Below, one piece after another: positions 61,401 to 64,000 of a stretch of DNA of 64,000 bases (positions within the stretch are counted from its first letter, which is position 1; the number at the start of each line of letters is the position of its first letter). Position numbers and translations under genes: made by a program. The notes below the pieces were generated by a model. That model was not told the origin of the DNA. It did not search any database and saw only the letters and a program-made list of their open reading frames with translations. Source of the stretch: an uncultured virus (IMG/VR IMGVR_UViG_3300033571_026375) (Duplodnaviria > Heunggongvirae > Uroviricota > Caudoviricetes); the IMG/VR virus record IMGVR_UViG_3300033571_026375, positions 1-64,000 of that record; one strand, given 5' to 3'.

Positions 61401-62921
61401 GGTACTATAGCCTATATTATTAATGCCTAACATCAAACTATTAGTCACGGTGCTACTACTACGAGAAGGAGAGCCCGAGATATTTCCGTCAGATGTAACT
61501 CTCATACCACTATTATTATTTAATGCTCCAATAATAATATTATTATTACTAGTTAAAGCACTAAAATTATTAGGACCTAATACAATATTATTTTTAGCAG
61601 TACCGCTTATATTATTATTATTACCCATCACCAGAGTATTAGTGATAGTGGATGATTTATTGTTTTGTCCTACAATTACTAAATCATTGGCTTCTCCGCT
61701 CGACGTATCATTAGTTAAACCTATGATAGTACTATTATTTAAGATATTATCAATCTGATTACCAAGACCCATAACAACGGATCTGCTACTATCAGATACA
61801 TCAATATCATTACCTATGAATAAACCACTAGAAACTCCGACAGGATTAATACTATTTCCTATAGATACTATATTAAAGCCGCTTATGCTAGATGAACCAC
61901 CATAAACTAAATTATTATTTCCACTAATAGAAGTATTGGTGCCTATAGCGGAGTTATTGGCTCCTGTTATAGTAACATTATTACCAATAAATACATTATT
62001 TATGCCAGTAGCTCTAACATCAGATCCCATACCTACGCCTGATGAACCGCCTATATTTGCATTATTAAATAAACCAATAATTTTATTTGTATTTATAGAT
62101 AATGTATTATTATTGCCTAATAATATATTCTCTGACCCAGAAACTGTTGAATTATTTGCTACTACAACATTGGTATATCCACTTACAAATGTATTATTGC
62201 CTAGCAACAAGATATTAATCCCAGATAACCCGGCAGTATTAGATACGCAAATAGCATTAGATGCGTTGATATCAATATTATTTCCTAATAATAAACCAGA
62301 ATAAACAGTACCAGCGTTATTAGAACCTAGATCTATATATAGTAAACCAGATAGAGTATTATTTGACCCCAGAACATTATATGAGTATCCATTAATAATA
62401 TTTAATCCACCAAGAACAGTATTGGCAGTATTAGCTCTAAAAACTGTACTCAAAGTACCAGTATGATCAACATTAAAGATAATTTCGCCGCTAGTAGCTG
62501 ATGTAGTCGGATTTAAAACTTTTGATCGTATCTGAGCATAATTTATAGTTTGACTATTAGTATCATGACCAGCTAAATCTATAGTAGAAGGATAGCTGCC
62601 GGATTCTGGAGAAATACCGGGATTGTGCAAGAGCAGCAGTCTTACACCAGTAGGACAGTTTGTGGTTCCTTCTATTTTGAGGCCGTCATATGCACAAGGA
62701 GCTATAACGTGCAAAGCAGCATCGGGATTTTTATCTCCCAACCCTAAGCGACCGGTCGAAGCATCATAATATAAAAAGCTGTTTGTGCCAGATACGGCGA
62801 AATCTATATTTTGTCCGTTTCTGTTAAAAACAGTATTAACACCGGAAGTATCTGATATAATATTATCATATCCTGTACCAGAGCCTAGATATAATATTCC
62901 GGAAATTATATTGTCTGACAT
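58455..62921 (-). CDS. tail fibre/adhesin with long GxNN beta-roll repeats
   Basis: RLGLGDKNPDAALHV and RVGINTSVPRSTLDVSG fibre motifs; ~14-aa IGNNN repeats. Confidence 0.75.
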   Translation of the reverse strand: MSDNIISGILYLGSGTGYDNIISDTSGVNTVFNRNGQNIDFAVSGTNSFLYYDASTGRLGLGDKNPDAALHVIAPCAYDGLKIEGTTNCPTGVRLLLLHNPGISPESGSYPSTIDLAGHDTNSQTINYAQIRSKVLNPTTSATSGEIIFNVDHTGTLSTVFRANTANTVLGGLNIINGYSYNVLGSNNTLSGLLYIDLGSNNAGTVYSGLLLGNNIDINASNAICVSNTAGLSGINILLLGNNTFVSGYTNVVVANNSTVSGSENILLGNNNTLSINTNKIIGLFNNANIGGSSGVGMGSDVRATGINNVFIGNNVTITGANNSAIGTNTSISGNNNLVYGGSSSISGFNIVSIGNSINPVGVSSGLFIGNDIDVSDSSRSVVMGLGNQIDNILNNSTIIGLTNDTSSGEANDLVIVGQNNKSSTITNTLVMGNNNNISGTAKNNIVLGPNNFSALTSNNNIIIGALNNNSGMRVTSDGNISGSPSRSSSTVTNSLMLGINNIGYSTTNTTIVGNKNYLNGSNFNSIGSFNNIKNTSNTQNIGNNNFILGDFTNILGGRVTSIGSSSIINNPSKRPVYSFGDGNILFGNNEIVVSGLCIGDNNDLLGLNNIVYGKNNFIGRSRNPCIVDAATVIINGDVTANYKNGDRVLVSIVNPAATDNIYIRLVDSVSYQNVDGLTLINLSEGIAPVGVDYGVQSTFDGSLPSPSVTVSGWVMPYQNGNDLTDPVGDPLYGDSNIVIGDSNRYPNTSGLILGRSNSVTGVNNIVIGYGITNYTNNSVQIGSNNANKIYFDDDTIVFNTGLSQSTVILNSRLAGTTLLANLAQNRVGINTSVPRSTLDVSGTLTTNTLRVGLSGIPGYTLTSDASGNATWQFPVNLSGINNGILYRINNKVASGISELVFNPVSKFLTYLKPSATNIGDFEDAFILTPSGLFINDTVDDNSSYNITVKGSGVGLIEGVEGYDLRVNLLKTLPKYNAIQFYNITGVSGHFYRYSITDQVFLPLNLTGTLLNVSNTDGALQVRNMPGNTVLFSNRNSLASGSNDIKFFSNDKVLTIGSTGVLSDVQTLNFAGFTDTTSNIILGSTSSFGTVINNAGYGQPFSVMNSGANFPNARYGLHYNTANGILGVNIAPDATIRQTAGGGATQWQNITANKLVVPGRIYTEGLQIILNGNQFPPIGQRYLRVNDDGVVSFSALDISPQFSGIFPIYAQPRTQGSANIDIGILNRRPGNNTNLSTDDNGLNLVWDGVKWNTDLRGARFYQPDSSSTNDNLIPGLLIGPGGRKNSCNNTHVFAGTPFLDTNIDPQYRGSSQLSRFYLKGRTSNNSNTELVSDFTKDVSPLPSPTNTISTRYLYTPSSSNLIEWNGKSVWLYKAQFCGLAYSIVAGAEQENNPRAVAGTLEGAFLTYRDNQNTRQAVILGTPNITVYKSSLLNWGSEDPIYATGVTDGNAQRLAFVTRGLADYRILWNTTVDIQQLNHPSGINLSASF

Positions 62922-62933
62922 TTTTAACTTTCT

Positions 62934-64000
62934 TTATTGTGGTGGTTCTTCGTTACCTACGCGATTTTGATTAAGTGCTGTATTGACATTTCCTCTTACA
63001 ATATCTCCTAATGGACCTTCCAATAGTTTTTGTAGTGCTTCTGCTCCGTTAACATTAATCTCCAATGGCTTCTGTTGTGTTAGAGTTAAATTAATTTGTG
63101 GTGGAATATTAAGTTTTTGTAATTGGCCAATAAATCTATCAAAGGTGGCGGTAAATTGGGCTAATTTATCAAAATCAGGTCCGCCACTATTAGATACACC
63201 ACTAGTGCCTCCGCCAGATTCATCCGTCATTCCGCCATATTGCCTATACATAATAGGACCGCCCGCTTGCTTATATACTACAGGACCACCATTATTAAAT
63301 CTATTACTATTAATATCTTGTAATAAAGCAAGATTATTCCTGGTAGCATTTCTATTAACTACAAATTCACCAGGAGTGAGCATAGCAGGCACAGTATCAG
63401 TTCCTTTGGGCTGATAAGGAATTAACATGCCATTATTAGCATAAATTAATCCTCCGTACTGTTTACCAACAGGCGGATTCGCTCCTCCTGCTCCTGGTGC
63501 TGGTAAACCTACCGCTGTTGAGCCCGGTAAAGATACTGAGCCCACTTCTTTATTTAATTCTAACCATCCTTCGTATAGCGCTTTTCCTTCTGCCTGGCCA
63601 TGCTTTATTTGAGCATCTAGAATATCATAGTAAGTAAATCCAGGATTTTGTACCGACTCATAATTTCTAGCATTACCTGTTAGAGATTGTATAGCTACAG
63701 AAGATCTTTGAACGACACCTAATAAATACTGAAAGCGTTGTTGAGCCGTTGCTCTTTCTGCATTTATGAGAGCAGCCTTTTGATCGGACGATGCTTTTGC
63801 TATTTTATCTTCAACCATAGTTATAACTTGATCTTTAGTTAGATCTTCGTTAATAGCGTTTGCATCAAGTGCATCAAACAGATTACGAGCTTGCTTTATC
63901 TGATTATCTATTTCAAAAAATAATGGCGCTCTATTTCCAAATTTTTTATATCCGCTTAATATTTGAGTTTGTTCTTGACGTTCTTCGTGTCTTTGTCTCG
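62934..64000 (-). CDS. tail tape measure protein, C-terminal part (runs off the window)
   Basis: GTDTVPAMLTPGEFVVN and repeated GG..Y motifs; frame stays open from 63818 to the window end. Confidence 0.8.
   Translation of the reverse strand, partial: RQRHEERQEQTQILSGYKKFGNRAPLFFEIDNQIKQARNLFDALDANAINEDLTKDQVITMVEDKIAKASSDQKAALINAERATAQQRFQYLLGVVQRSSVAIQSLTGNARNYESVQNPGFTYYDILDAQIKHGQAEGKALYEGWLELNKEVGSVSLPGSTAVGLPAPGAGGANPPVGKQYGGLIYANNGMLIPYQPKGTDTVPAMLTPGEFVVNRNATRNNLALLQDINSNRFNNGGPVVYKQAGGPIMYRQYGGMTDESGGGTSGVSNSGGPDFDKLAQFTATFDRFIGQLQKLNIPPQINLTLTQQKPLEINVNGAEALQKLLEGPLGDIVRGNVNTALNQNRVGNEEPPQ

Noticed and set aside
2171..63414. Many short opposite-strand or nested ORFs in the track (e.g. 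21395-21796, 31927-32289, 55668-56114, 62983-63414)
   Set aside because: They are shadows of well-supported genes, with no recognisable motifs.
1..64000. Stop-codon reassignment
   Set aside because: Very long ORFs read through in the standard code, and TAA, TAG and TGA all end tightly packed genes.

Overview
The window is a gene-dense, AT-rich segment of a large tailed dsDNA phage genome. It reads in the standard genetic code, and I saw no tRNA, rRNA, CRISPR array or IS element. The + strand (1-41178) carries putative virion accessory proteins, a sugar-nucleotide/glycosyltransferase operon behind a consensus sigma70 promoter (cupin, HAD phosphatase, HldA/HldC-like pair, TylF methyltransferase, GT9-like and GT4 enzymes, ColD-like dehydratase), nucleotide metabolism (dCMP deaminase, class Id-like RNR, MazG-like, PhoH) and a bacterial-type replisome (RecA, DnaB, DnaG, dNMP kinase, RecB/Cas4-like nuclease, DnaE, DEDDh exonuclease, SSB). 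A second glycosyltransferase block follows, and several of its members look catalytically degenerate. The - strand (41165-64000) carries a tail module: the end of the tape measure gene, a fibre, a paralogous pair and two giant proteins. Three observations stand out: (1) DnaE is split into two genes without inteins, with the proofreading exonuclease gene in the break; (2) heptose-type glycosylation genes co-occur with virion proteins rich in [S/T]-G dipeptides; (3) several enzyme-fold proteins have lost their catalytic motifs. All family assignments come from motifs recognised by eye, not database searches. A Planctomycetota/PVC host is only a weak inference.
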